64,000 nt of DNA from Moniliella sp. 'wahieum'. Taxonomy: Eukaryota. The stretch spans positions 248,001-312,000 of the forward strand of contig RSEE01000001.1 of assembly GCA_003971905.1 (NCBI GenBank), read 5' to 3'. The position numbers were made by a program, and so were the translations under genes. A model generated the notes under the pieces. That model searched no databases. It was not told the origin of the DNA and was given only the letters and a program-made list of their open reading frames with translations. Shown here piece after piece: positions 25,123 through 38,700 of the stretch (position 1 is the stretch's first letter; every line of letters starts with the position of its first letter).

Positions 25123-25762
25123 TCAGTCGGTGTAGGGGAGGGACGGAGGAGGTAACCGGTAACGAGAGAAACGTACTTGTTGAGAGAGAGAGAAAGAACG
25201 AGAGAAACGGATGGAGGGAACAGCCCAGAAGACAACGCACCGTCCAGCCTATATATACCTCGAATCGTGTGGCGGTCCTTTGATCATCGATCACAGTAGT
25301 GGATGTCTCAGTCAACTAGCGTCCCAGCTTGTGAACGTGGACAGCAACACTAGGTTGTTGTTCCGGGGGGAACTGCCTCTGCCCTGGGAGGTTCACACGT
25401 TCACAAAATCCGCTGACGCAAGCCTGAGACACACCCCAACATTTCAAGGTTGGCCTTGCGCCCTGGGCGGATTGCGGCAGATTGCCGCTGCACAGATTGA
25501 AATGCACGCTGCATCTGAGATGATCGACCAAGCCACGCCCAGTGGTGTGTCGCGTGTCACATGAATGTCACATGCCACACATCACATGTCACCGGTCGCG
25601 TGTCACCGGTCACCGGTCACCCCCCACCATTCTAACAGTGGAGAGAGCAGATGTGAACGCGTGAACTTCTCCTTTTCTCCCTCCTGTATAAATGTAACCC
25701 CTTGAAACTCGCTTTCTTTACCCCTTCTCCCACCCTTTCGCCCCTCTCATCCGATATATACC

Positions 25763-26251
<489 letters not shown>

Positions 26252-26890
26252 GGTGGATGCCCTTGCCCCTTTTGATCCCCCTGTATAACTATGTGTCGTA
26301 ATAATGCTCATCAACACATCCGTGCCCTTTACCTCGAATCGACTCTCACCCTCTGATGTATGGCATTTCCTGCAGAGTAGCTAGTGAGTGCCGCCAGCAG
26401 ACACTGATGAGACTGAACTATCTCGCTTCAATGAGATGAACTCTCCATATAAGATTTGGCAACTGTTGTATACTTCCTCCTTCGACCATTGCACATTTAA
26501 GCATTCTTTCGGACACGTCCACCTTTGTCCTAAAGCCGAAAGTCTCATGGCTGTGGAACCATGGGATCGACCAGGTCGGAAATGCCGCTTACGAGTCGTG
26601 TGGAAAAGGCGTGAGCGAGACTCATCACCGCGATGAACGAGCGCGCACAACCATCGTTCTAACGTTTTCCGCAAAGCAGCATCATGCATTCCACATAACG
26701 CGTAACGCGTAACGCCTGGCAGGTACGCCGAATTGATCGGCTCCAAGCCTCGAATCCAATCAATGTCGCGAGACACTGATTACTGAACATGAAGAGCTGT
26801 CGGGCAATATGGAAGTGGATGGTAAAATGTAACAATTACATCGTAGTGTACATAGACAAAAGGTGTTGAGCGCTGAAAGATCGAGCTCGC

Positions 26891-27378
26891 TCAAACCTCT
26901 TGCGAGGCCTTCTTGCTCTTGCCCGACTTGGCTGGCAAAAGTTCGGGGTTAATGTGAGGCAACACACCACCCTGGGAAATGGTGACACCACCGAGGAGCT
27001 TGTTCAACTCCTCGTCGTTGCGAATGGCAAGCTGAAGGTGGCGGGGCACGATCTGAAAGTCGCAAGAGAGTGGGTCAGTAACGGTGACCACGAGTTCACC
27101 CCAAATAAGGAAAAGATACGCACACGGCTCTTCTTGTTGTCACGAGCAGCGTTGCCGGCCAACTCGAGAATTTCAGCAGTGAGGTACTCGAGCACGGCGG
27201 CGAGGTAAACGGGAGCACCCGCTCCGACACGCTGGGCGTAGTTGCCCTTGCGCAGGAGACGGTGAATGCGGCCGACGGGGAATTGCAGACCGGCCTTGGC
27301 CGAACGCGAGGTAGCCTTAGAACCCGCCGCGCCACCGGCCTTGCCACCCGACTTGCCACCAGACTTGCCACCAGACAT
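26891..27378 (-). CDS. HTA1: Histone H2A with C-terminal SQE motif (intron 27053..27123)
   Basis: [24 protein letters not shown]...[20 protein letters not shown]...KKASQEV. Confidence 0.99.
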
Positions 27379-27525
27379 GTTGAGAGTGTTGAAGTTGAGA
27401 AAGAGACGCGAAGGGTGGAGGGAGGAGAGGTTGGGGTGGGCGAGGAGCACCCACCATCGGCGGACGTATATATACGTTGCTTGCAGCACCTAACTCAAAA
27501 AAGAGCCCTAGAGTAGGCGACGCGT

Positions 27526-27623
27526 TTTTGGTGCGCACCAAAATGTCTCAGTAGCAATTAATGCCAGCCAAAGCCACGTAGGAATCCATCCAACCCTAGC
27601 TCCGACGTGGTTTTGGTGCGCAC
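27526..27623. promoter_or_regulatory. Palindromic motif pair in the H2A/H2B divergent promoter
   Basis: Perfect 18-bp palindrome TTTTGGTGCGCACCAAAA (27526..27543) and a second copy TTTTGGTGCGCAC (27611..27623). Confidence 0.5.
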
Positions 27624-27648
27624 GAATTCCTGGCGGTCATCTCTATGA

Positions 27649-28263
<615 letters not shown>

Positions 28264-28776
28264 GCTGGCCTAAGGTTCTGGCTACCTTTTGTAGACATTG
28301 TATCATTATGCCCATTCGTTTATCCTACTGTTTGGAATCTCGGCAGTTCCTTAGCTTGGCGCGCTCGTTACGCGATTGACTACGCAGAGACCGGCTCAAC
28401 ACGGTTGTGTTCTGACAGGCTGAGATGGGAGAGGAACGTAGCATCGCTTTATCAGCTTCATCCCTGCCCCTAAATGCAAGTGGATATAGTGAACTTGGCC
28501 GAAGTAATCAATTGCAGGCGGTGGGTCATGCGCGCCATGCACGTCATGCATGCATCATGAAGAATGTACATCTGAAGCGTAAAATGGAGACATGAAGAAT
28601 GGCATGAGGGGCAACTGAACAGGGTAAGAAGTGAGTTGGGCATGCGCGATGAAAAAGCAGGAAAGGATGTGAATGAGATGAGGATGATCAATGACGAGAA
28701 GTGCATCTCTCAGATCGTTAATCGTTGAAGATGGGTAAACGCTCAAATAATAGTCGTATTGGAGGAGTCGGCCTCT

Positions 28777-29707
28777 CTATGCATGGGTGGCACTTGGCTC
28801 CGTCTCCGCCGGCGCCGGGGTTGTCTCGGGAACTTCCTCCACCGTCGTGGCCTTACTGGAGGCCTTCTTAGTAAACGGGAAAGAATGGAGCACCGTGTTG
28901 AGCGCGGGAAGAGTTGTGTTGGTCACGTACGCCGTCAAGGTTGACGTGCGCGCAGCCAATGTGGCATTCTTGTCTTCGACCAAGTGCCGCACCTCTTCAT
29001 ACTTGGTCAAAAAGGACTGTTGCACGGGCTGGAGCCGAGTGCGTGCATCGGCAGGGAGCGACTGAAGATAATGATGCAGCCGCTCCAACTCGTCGTGCAC
29101 CTTGAGAATCGCCTTGTCCACCTCGGTGTTCACCGCTCCCGTCACGTTGCTCTTGGCGTTTTTGGCTTTAATGCCCGCACTGATGAGCTGAGTGTTGAGG
29201 CCGATGAGCGAGTCATAAGTGCGCTGCAATGTCACATGCTCCGCCTTAAGTTGATCAAAGTGGTCCTGGGCCTTGGTGCCGGTCTGGAGAGCAAATGTGC
29301 GCACGTGGCGTAGCGAGTTAGGGCCGCGTTATGCAAGTCGCCTTGGGTAAGGGTAAACACCGTTGGTGCCACTTGCTCGGCCTTGTCCAGGATCTTGGCC
29401 GTGAAGGAATCGGCAAGCAGGATGATGCCAACCACAAAGCTGAGGCGGATGATGATCGTGGCAGTCAGCCACTCGCTGACCAGCAGCACGCGGCGCTGGG
29501 CCTTGGCCAGATGTTTGTGTCCACCCACGTAGTCCTGAGTTGTGGAAAGAAGGGCGGCCAAGAGGGGATCTGGAGGATCTTGGGCATCGCCGCGCTTTGG
29601 GAACTGAGCTTAGTCAGTGCTGGCATGGGAGGCAAGGCAGCGGAAGTCGGGGTGGGGAGAGGAGGGGGAGGGGAGGCAACAGGTGCATTGCTGGTTTCGG
29701 TCGACAT
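28777..29707 (-). CDS. Perilipin/CAP20-like lipid-droplet protein (tentative)
   Basis: KILQIP..; ADSFTAKILDKAEQVAPTVFT resembles the PAT/CAP20 signature (D..A.KGLDKVE..P); helical C-terminus. Frameshifted. Confidence 0.5.
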
Positions 29708-30560
29708 GGTGTGGAAGGGCTGCAACAGCAGAGGCAGGCGTTCGGGAGAGGAGAGGAGCTGAGCAGGATGCGAGGGGATGGAGGTTAGTACTGAGAGCGG
29801 GTGGAGGCGGTAGGAGGGCCGGGCGGGGATGGGAGCGACGGACGACGGGGTTATATAGAGGAGGCACATCGAGTGAAAGGTGCGGGGACCGCACAAGACG
29901 GGTGGGCAGGAGAAGCAAGAGCAGGATGTGTGAAAGACGGTGGGGCGGCAGAAGCGGCAGCAATGCTGCAGGGGGCAGCCTGGGCCAGGGTCCGAGCAAA
30001 GAGAGCGGCCTCCGCCTCTGTTTTAAAAAAACCAGCCTTTGAAAGAGCGTCGGTGGGGTCGGGGGGACAGGTGGCAAGTGTAGTGTGTTGCGGTAGAGCT
30101 GCACTCTGGCCCTCTCGCCCCGCTCACCGGCATGGTCCCACATGCGGTTCTATGCGGACGCTGGCCCCGACTCCGTGGCCACCAACACACTCAAGCGAGT
30201 GTGTGGCGCATGTTGACGCACGCGCTTATGCGCTTATGGCACTGTGCCCCACCGCTACGGGAGCAGAGGTCCGGGTAGCATACATTCAGAGGACTGAGAG
30301 CACCACTGCCCTGTGCGTGCTGGGGGCTGCCACGCCTATTTCAGCCATCTGTCCTCGGCACGGCACCCACATTTGGGCCAAGTATGTATTGAACCAGGCA
30401 GTGACCATACAGCATATGGGGAGCAGAGGAAAAGTTCGAGCTGGGCTCGATGCTCTGATGCGACAAGAGTATGCTATCGCATCTCCCTTTCGCTTCCCCC
30501 CCCCTCCCCTTCGCTTCCCCCCCCCTCCCCGGCGTAGAGTCGCTATAGCACCGGGGTGTT

Positions 30561-31236
30561 TTATGTGTGGGAGTCCCTCGAGGAAAGATCGAGCATACTC
30601 GGCGAGGGCTGCCGTCGGGGGGTGACTCGCTCTTCTTCAAAATCGTAGTCGGCCCAGGGAGCTGAGAGTAAACATAGCAGCTTGCAAGGCAGACAATGTG
30701 CGCACATTGTCAGCTTTGAGCTCTTCATACGCTCCTACGCCATTACCGCGTCCTGGGGAAGGGGTCATATCCTAAATCCAAGTCGGAATCGAACGCAAGA
30801 GCCGTTGCGCACCACGCAATGTACGCCGGCCTGATCAGGGGCCATGAGTCCTTGTTGGGTGCAAAAACGCACGGCTGGAGAGCCAGGGTATACAATGGAG
30901 GGCGGAACGTTCGCCCTAGCGCGTCCCGTCAGGGCGTCAGATGGAGCAAAGGGAAGCAGGTTGGATGGATACAAGTGAAGGCACAGATCATTTAGCGTGC
31001 ACCAGCATCGCGCTGACTGCTCACCCGTCGCAGTTTTGCAAGTTCAGGACTCAATTCTCGACGTGAGATTCTCGTCGGTTGCCTTGGCGCGGAGCATGGC
31101 GAGGGATTGGCTGGTGGTGGGGGGAGGGAGGCTAAGAGGCATACTTAATGCTGCGTTGGGCCACGCTCTGGGCTGCCAATGACAGTGGTTCCTGGTGGCT
31201 GGCCACCAGATCGCGCAGGCCCATGACATAATCCAT
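30561..31236 (-). CDS. Possible short multi-exon hypothetical gene
   Basis: ATG at 31236 (MDYVMGLRDLVASHQEPLSLAAQSVAQRSI) is followed by GTATGC/GTGAGC donors and CTGAC..TAG/CAG branch-acceptor pairs. No recognised family. Confidence 0.3.
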
Positions 31237-31786
31237 GGATCGTGTGAATTGTTAATTAGCGAAGTTATTAATTACCCCAACCTTACGGCAGGAGTGTACG
31301 GCGGGTTCGGTATAGCCCCCGCTCGTCTACTCTTTCAAGCCGAGAAACCAGCATACATGAAGACAAAAAGGGAGGAGATCTCTCTTAGCATCTCCATGCA
31401 ATCTTGCCGTCCATATGTACTCACACGACTCACAGCCTGCGGCTGACCCAACATTTCGACGAGTGCAGAGAGATGTGTGCATATATAAGAAAAACAAAAA
31501 GAACAAGATTATGAAACGCTTGTTGTGGAGGCGATAAACACGAGAAAGGTACGAGATGAGAGATGCTGTAGCGCCGGGCTTGAGCGATGGTGGGGGGGAG
31601 AGGTGGCGCAATGGCATGCTGCCAGAGTAAACAAGACATGGAATGTTCGAGAATCGACCGCGATAAGACGGATGAAGGGTGTGGGTGCGAAGGGCCGTGC
31701 AGCGCGGCGATATGCCCCGGGTAAAGTGATTGCCGTTGTATAATCACGACCGATACTGGGATAGGTATGCGGGAAATGTCGGCATA

Positions 31787-32900
31787 TTACCTCCCGGCCA
31801 GAGGAAGATGGAGGTAAGGCTCTGGGTCAAAGGGTTGGGTCCGCTCGCCACCCGTCTCGACCAGATCGGACCAGAACACGGTCTCGCCCGAAAGGAGCAT
31901 ACGAGCGCCGCTTGATACTGTTCCAAGAGATATGCGTAGATGGAGCGGATCTCGTGCTGGATTATCATTTTGCGTTGCAGCGCATAGAACTCTTGCCACT
32001 GAGCGCGTTCCAGGAGAGGCGCTGAGCCATGTGCGTATCCTCCTCGTCCGAAATGAATTCATCCTTGAGGACTCCGTCTCTTCCGACGTAATCATAGCGC
32101 AGAAGATAACGCATGCGATCTTCAATTCCTTCCTTCTCCTTCATCATATCCGAGAATCGGAGGCACTTCCATGCAGCGCACCCCCGGTCTCCGGGAAGGT
32201 ATTTCCTTTCATGGGTAGAAATGTCGGAACAGTGGAAGACGATGCGATGGCTACGAGGGCAAAGATCACACATTGACGAGACCGCATGGCAAAATGTGGG
32301 GGAGTAGGGAGCGTACCCATTGTGGCCCTTGGAGTGCTTTGCGACATTGCTGCTACAGCGCGAGCAGGGTGAGACGACATTGTATCCCACCACACTCCCG
32401 CAGCCTTGGCAGCCGAGGGTTTGGGTAAGGCAGTTGCATGTCCGTTCCTTAATCGGATTGTGCTGGTTGGGCATGTCTCCCAGGAGGGCTTCGGGAGCAT
32501 AGACAGCAGCGCAGTTGGAGGCATGGCATCGGTGCTGAAGAGAGTGACATGGGGTTTGAGGAGCAAGACGGCTTTCATGCCACGATCGGTGAAGAAGGTG
32601 TCGCAATGGGTGCAGCGCACAATGTAGACCGCCTGACGCAGCGCTGTTCTCCTCGCGCGAGACGTGTCGGCGATGCACGGCGGGGGGGACAGGACCAAGC
32701 TCCTCGCCTGCGGAGGACGAGGGCGCAGGCGGGACAGGCGACAGCCGCTCTGACGCTGGGCCGGAGCGGCGCATATGGGTAGCCGACATGAGGTATTGCT
32801 GCGGTGCTTGGGGAGGCGGCGGGAAGGGGGGCTCGTCAGCGCATCCTGACCATGGGGGGTGGGGGGGCGCGTGGGAGCTGGAAGGAGAGGGGAAGAGCAT
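31787..32900 (-). CDS. FAM72-family zinc-binding protein
   Basis: VYIVRCTHCDTFFTDRGMKAVLLLKPHVTLFSTD; TCNCLTQTLGCQGCGSVVGYNVVSPCSRC; HNG^HRIVFH. Short intron and indels present. Confidence 0.85.
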
Positions 32901-34049
32901 TCGGGTGTGTGCGGGCGGGAAGACGAAGCGCAGGCGGGCAGGCGGGCTTTATACGCGGGACGGGGGGGCATCCATCGCACACCCAGCCCTTGGCGGCAGT
33001 TGGGCAAGGGGGCTTGCCACCGCGTGCGCATCGCAAAGACAGGGAGTGGAGTGAACTCAGTATGCTACCACTACTGAGTACTGACTACAGGCGCATCAGC
33101 GCTTGGGCAGGTGCGAGGGTGCCAGCAAGGGTGCCCCGTGGCCGATGGGCTTGCGCCAGTGATCGAGGTGATCTCGCAATCGGTGATCAGGGTTCAACGC
33201 CGCGTCTAACGTTTAACGTTAACGTTCAGAGGATCGAGTGATCATCGATCGTCTCCTACTCTCCGCCGAGCCAGCAGGGCTCGGCAGCTAGGGCGTGCCC
33301 AGGCGTGCCTAGCACTCGCCACTCGTCATTGTGACTACAGCCACCAGCTACCAATCACGGTGAGCCGGGTAGCCGGTAGCCGCTTGTCGGGCGTCGCTCC
33401 GAAAGGTCTTTCGGAAGAGGGGAGGAGAGCGAAATGTAACCCGGGCGCCGGATGGCCGATGAGATGGATGGGGCCGGGGTCGGGGGGACACATGGCGCAT
33501 TTGTGTGATGCGTGATGGGGCGGCGTTGGTCAAACTGGAGTCAGTACTGAACTCAGTAGTGGCGGGGAGATCGAGCCCTCCGGGGCGCCACCCGTCCAGC
33601 TGATGAAACTTGGCTGCTTCTGAGCGCCGAGCACCGACCGACAAGCTGTGCATCCTTCCCCTCAAGGTCTGCGGTCTGCGGTCTGCGTCTGCGGCCTGCC
33701 AGCCTGCCTGAGGCCTGAGGTCTGAGGATCTGAGGTCTGGAAGTGGTGTCCCTCAAGGCAGTAGCTAGCTTGTGCATGTGACATGTGACTGGTGTGCAGC
33801 GACTGCCCACGAGTCTCGTCCAGAGACTACTCGAGCAGATCCCACCAGCGTCACTGACTCTCCGTCCGCCACTTCCGCCCCGGCCACCGTATCCGGTGGC
33901 TGAGTCTGAGATATTGAAACCGCCACTCAGAGTGCCACCACTTTTCTCCTGCTGCGTCTTACGCATACCCCGCATTCGCTACAACCCCAGCACAGGACCA
34001 GTGTCAGCCACCAGGATGTGACGCAGGGCATGTTGGTGATGGCAGGGTT

Positions 34050-34450
34050 GTCAGTACATTCAGTACGTTGAGCGGTTGAGGCTGAGCGCTTGAAGCCTGA
34101 GCTTGAGATGTGATATCTGAGAGCTTGGGCGCTTGGGCGCTGGAACGCGCTGGTGCTGAAGACTGAGTTCAGTACTGAACGTACGGATCTGAGATCTCAA
34201 TATGATATCGTTGCGGCGTGACGCGTGATGCGTGACGCGTGATACGTGATAGATGGTGATGTGTGACGTGCGACGTTAGAATCTAAGACATTGAGGCTGG
34301 CGCGAGTATAAGAAGTGTGGTATGAGTACACTGAGTACAGAAGTACTTGAAACTTCATCAAGCTTGAGTACTTGTACTGTGGTACTGAGCTCACCCGCAG
34401 TACCGTAGCGCGCTGAGCCACTGAATATTGACTGCTGAATATTGAATGCA
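34050..34450. repeat. Dense cluster of period-7 (TNA + 4-bp palindrome) arrays
   Basis: TCA-GTAC-TGA-ACGT; TGA-GATC-TCA-ATAT; TGA-CGCG-TGA-TGCG-TGA-CGCG-TGA; TCA-AGCT-TGA-GTAC; TGA-ATAT-TGA (twice). Confidence 0.75.
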
Positions 34451-35166
34451 CCGCAGAATACTGATCAGAGTTGTATTTCGTCCACTTTTGTTTTCCTCGC
34501 TACTGGCTTCACTACACTGCCCACAGATTGTTTACGTTCAGCATGTATATGTACACGAAAGTGTGTGTGGTGCATGGTGAGGATAAGCTACAAGAAATGG
34601 CCTGCCTCTGGGTGCGGTCGTTGCGCTCGTCAGATTGGATGTCTCTTCGCTCGATGCAAACGATGGGAAGCGGGGCTATGTGCAGCGCTCTTTGATTTAC
34701 TATACCGACGATAATAGAAACGCTGCCAAAGCACTGCCCCATGCGGCCCACATCATCAAAATGTGGAAGCACTTTTTCATACCTCGCAACGCGCGTAACG
34801 CTTCTTCTTGATGGTGTCCTTTATTTGCGCGATTGCTCCTCATGCACTTCATGATACATAGGAAGCTGCACCCACCACTTGCTCCAAACCTCTCTTTATC
34901 GGTGCGTGTGGAGAGCGTGTAGTAACATAAGAGGCGTTGTGTCTTCAGCTTCGGCGTTATCGTTCATGAACGTGAAGAGAAGCTGAGAAGAGAATCCACG
35001 CTGGGCCCCACATGCCACACCACTTACATTATGCGCACATGTGTACTACAAACGCTGCCCCAGGAGCTTCTCCTCCGGTTGGAGTCCTCCTGTATGGAAA
35101 CCATTGAGAAGAGACCGCACCCCGATCCTTGGTCCTCCATACCCCTCCATCGTATTCACCCTTCCA

Positions 35167-35708
35167 TCATGTGACATGTGACAAGGCCTCATCGACCTCT
35201 CAGATCTCAGATCTCGCCACGTTCCACCACCAACGGTCTCTTGATGATGCATGTGACATGCGATACAGCGCGACCAAGCAAGCACCGTCGGCTATTCCCA
35301 TTTTGAGCGATCGCTTCGTAATATGGACGGATAATCGATAATCGATCATCGATCATCGCAATAATCGAGTAGTATCCACCGATAGCAACTCCCTGCTGTA
35401 CCCGGGTGCCCGCAAACGGCCGTACGCAGTCTTGTACAAGCCACACTCTGATCCATCATGCATCATGTGTCATGCATCATACATCATAATCACCGCTCCC
35501 TCCTCCTCCTCCCCGACGACTCCAATGGCCTCCCCAGAAGCTCAGCGGTCATTAAGCTTCGATGTCTGATTCCAATACTAGGGTTATGTGTGCTCTGCTG
35601 CTGCGTCGGGCCGTCCGGCCGTCTGGGTCAATCCACGATCGATGCTTGGTGCGATCTGAGACAACAAATACCAATAATCGATAATCGATAATGCATGATC
35701 GATGATCG
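35167..35708. repeat. Cluster of period-7 palindromic arrays (CATG, GATC, TCGA and TGCA cores)
   Basis: tgacatgtgaca; tctcagatctcagatctc; taatcgataatcgatcatcgatcatcg; catcatgcatcatg; taatcgataatcgataatgcatgatcgatgatcg. Confidence 0.8.
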
Positions 35709-38700
35709 GAGTCCCAAGGATTTTCCATCGTATCATTGCACAATCATCAACACCTTCGGCCTCCTTCGATTCAACCTTAGCTTATTATAGTTTATCGACA
35801 CATGATCGGTTATCGTTTGTGGTGATATTGATATCCGTTGCGAGTTGAATGTTACACCAGGTACCACAGGCTAGAGCATGGTGCATATGGTAAGGTATGG
35901 TATCGTGGCGGTGGCGCGGTCGCCACCACGTTCTTCAGCTTCTTCAGTGGGATGCTTTTGGATGTTTAAAACCGCACTGAGTATTTACTAGTTACTCCAT
36001 ACGTGTGTTCTTCGACGCCACCACATCCTAAAGCCGCATCACCACAAGCTGCTTCTCGGGGCCCTCCGCTGAAGAACAGCTTTTTATTGCATCAGATGCA
36101 CAAGCCTTCCACCAAAATAAGCTTTTATCCATTTCGCCGATCCAACACGTTTAACGTTTTTATCTGCGCTCTATCGATAATGCGTTCTCCCTCCCCGCAG
36201 CTCGAGCTTTTGTAGTCTCGTGCCACATTTTTACACTATCCTAACTGCATTACTTCGACACAATTGAATACTGGTACTGTGAGTACTGAGTCTCAATACT
36301 CACTGAGTACACTGAAGAGTACCCATTCCGTGTATACGTCTTCAGCATCTTGTGAACTGTTGCCACGTCACCCACCGGTGCCTTGCCTGATTCGTAGATG
36401 TGAAAGCTAGACCCTAGAGTTGCCGCGCGCAGGCCAGCAGGCCACGTGTACATTCCTGTCCCACTGCTTGCTCTGTCCTCTTCGCCACCACCTCTCCTTC
36501 CCCCTTCCCCTTCTTCTCGCTCACCTCGTTACTTGATTACTACTCGCTGATCGTCTGTGGTTTAGAGACTAGGTGTCTCCGGGTCAGAGCCTTCACGCGT
36601 CGCTACAGAACCACACGGGTTGATCAGGCGCAACGACCTTCATCGATCATCGCATCATTAATTCATTCATTGACGACCATCCCTGCCATCCCACTCCGAG
36701 CATGGTCCACAAGTGTGGCACATACGTGAATCACATGCATAAAATCACACCATGTCCCAGCACGGCATATGTACGCCGCATGTCGCATGGTGCATGATGT
36801 GGATGATGCATGATACACCCAAAAGTGATATGGCGTTTACCGTGGTGCTGCCGTTTTAGGTCGCCTCATCAAAAAAAGACATATGCCGCTGGCCTTTCTT
36901 GGCGGGGCAGCAATATGATGAGCTCTGGGAGCAACGTCCCCGAAGAGGTTGTCACGTCTCCCATCCGACCATTGGCGCCACCCATCACGTTGATGAAAAC
37001 GATCCCACTGCGCTTGCTTTGTCCCTGATTTTAAGGTGAAAACGAGAAAACCCTTTTTATACACCACGATGCGCATCTGGGTCAAGTACATGAATGTGAT
37101 AGAGAGCGACGCAGGATCTGGGGTTCTACCGACCCCAGCATACAGCATGCCCAACATACCCCATGCTCCCGCAATCGGTACTCACTTATAGTCACTACAC
37201 ACCAATTAATTGGACTGATCTATACAGTTTCTCTCGTGCGTCTCATCATGCATCATGTGGCCACAGAGATGCTTAGCGCGGTATAGGCTTGAGATCTGAG
37301 AGCTTGAGGCTTGAGGCCAAGCCTGAGGGTCAGGCCTCAGCGAGCGCCCAGAACCAGAGGCCTGAAGGAGGGCACTAGGAGGGCGTGAATAAGTTCCACC
37401 GTGGCCACCCAGCCATGGTGATGGATTCGTCGCTAGAATATAGAGTTTAATAGGTCCCTACATCACATTCGTCACACCAGCGTTGCCACGCATCTCACAC
37501 TTCCATGGGTCTATATTTACGCTTCTTCAACAAGGAGGGTGGTCACTAGGGTCATTATTAATGTGTGGTCCTTTGAATCTAGACGGGATGGACTCGTCAC
37601 GCTTCTCCACCACACTTGTACCGCCCAGGTGTGTGCTACAATCATGAGCTTGATCTCGATGGTGATCGAAGTTATGGAGATCCTGTCGGCTCCACACCTA
37701 TACTAATCTATACACCCGTTATGCACTATGCAGCGTGTCCCATTCACAACCATGCCGCCATGATATCCTAACGTGGTATAACGCCCTGCCTCCGGCTACA
37801 GTAGCAGGCTACAGCCCCGTCCTTTGGGGAAAGAAAAGAGAGGGAAGGGCTCGATGAGCGCTGAGCCCACGCGGGATATAGTATGTCCTGCACCCTTGTC
37901 CTCTTAGTATGAAGTCACCCCTCATGACGGCGGGTTGAGACGGGGATCGGCGCTTTTTTGTCAACGCGTGTATGCCACACGCTCCCAGCATCCTCACAGA
38001 GATTTGCCGAGGCTCCACCCACCCACCACGACCGTCTCTCATCCCATGTGGCACCCTCTGTAGTTCATATATGCTTTTGTGCCGCCGAAAACCAGAGGCT
38101 TTTCTTGTGGCGCACCCATATGTAGATACCATGCAGTGTCATATATGTGGCCTCTCACGGTATAATCACACCCGACGGATCAGCTTCTATCTCGGTCAAT
38201 GCACTGTGCTCTCGAACACTCGATGAGCCCTTCTCGCATGTGTAGTAGGGAGGTCAACGAGGATCATACTGCCCAGCGTTTTTTGAAAAGGCAAAAGAGG
38301 CGCGATAGATGATAAGCAACTTAGGCCCCGACATGAACCCATGGCCTTCTGAGATATATATCGCAGCATCACGATTCTCACCATGACTTTTCTGTATTGC
38401 CTTTCTCTCTTCCTATGCTATATAGACGGGGTGCAGATCTGTGTTGGGAACGCTGCGGCTGTTACAGTCAGGGATGAATGTAATCGACCCGCGCCACGGC
38501 GTTGTTGGGAGACAACCGCGCCTTGTAGCGGTGTCCATTCTTTCTCCATCTGGTGCAATACCTTGAGAGCTCTTTCCTTCCATGGGCGTTAGTCTTGAGT
38601 TACTTGCAAGGTTGTACCTGAGGACTGTGAGTGACTCATCATCATTGGAAGAGACCCATTCGGGGTTGCTGTTTCGATCCGTCGGCGGACAAACAAGAAG

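Noticed and set aside
33000..37400. Palindromic arrays as a CRISPR array or restriction-site/linker contamination
   Set aside because: No constant 23-47 bp repeat with unique spacers and no cas genes. The units are degenerate and dispersed through native intergenic DNA, unlike synthetic polylinkers.
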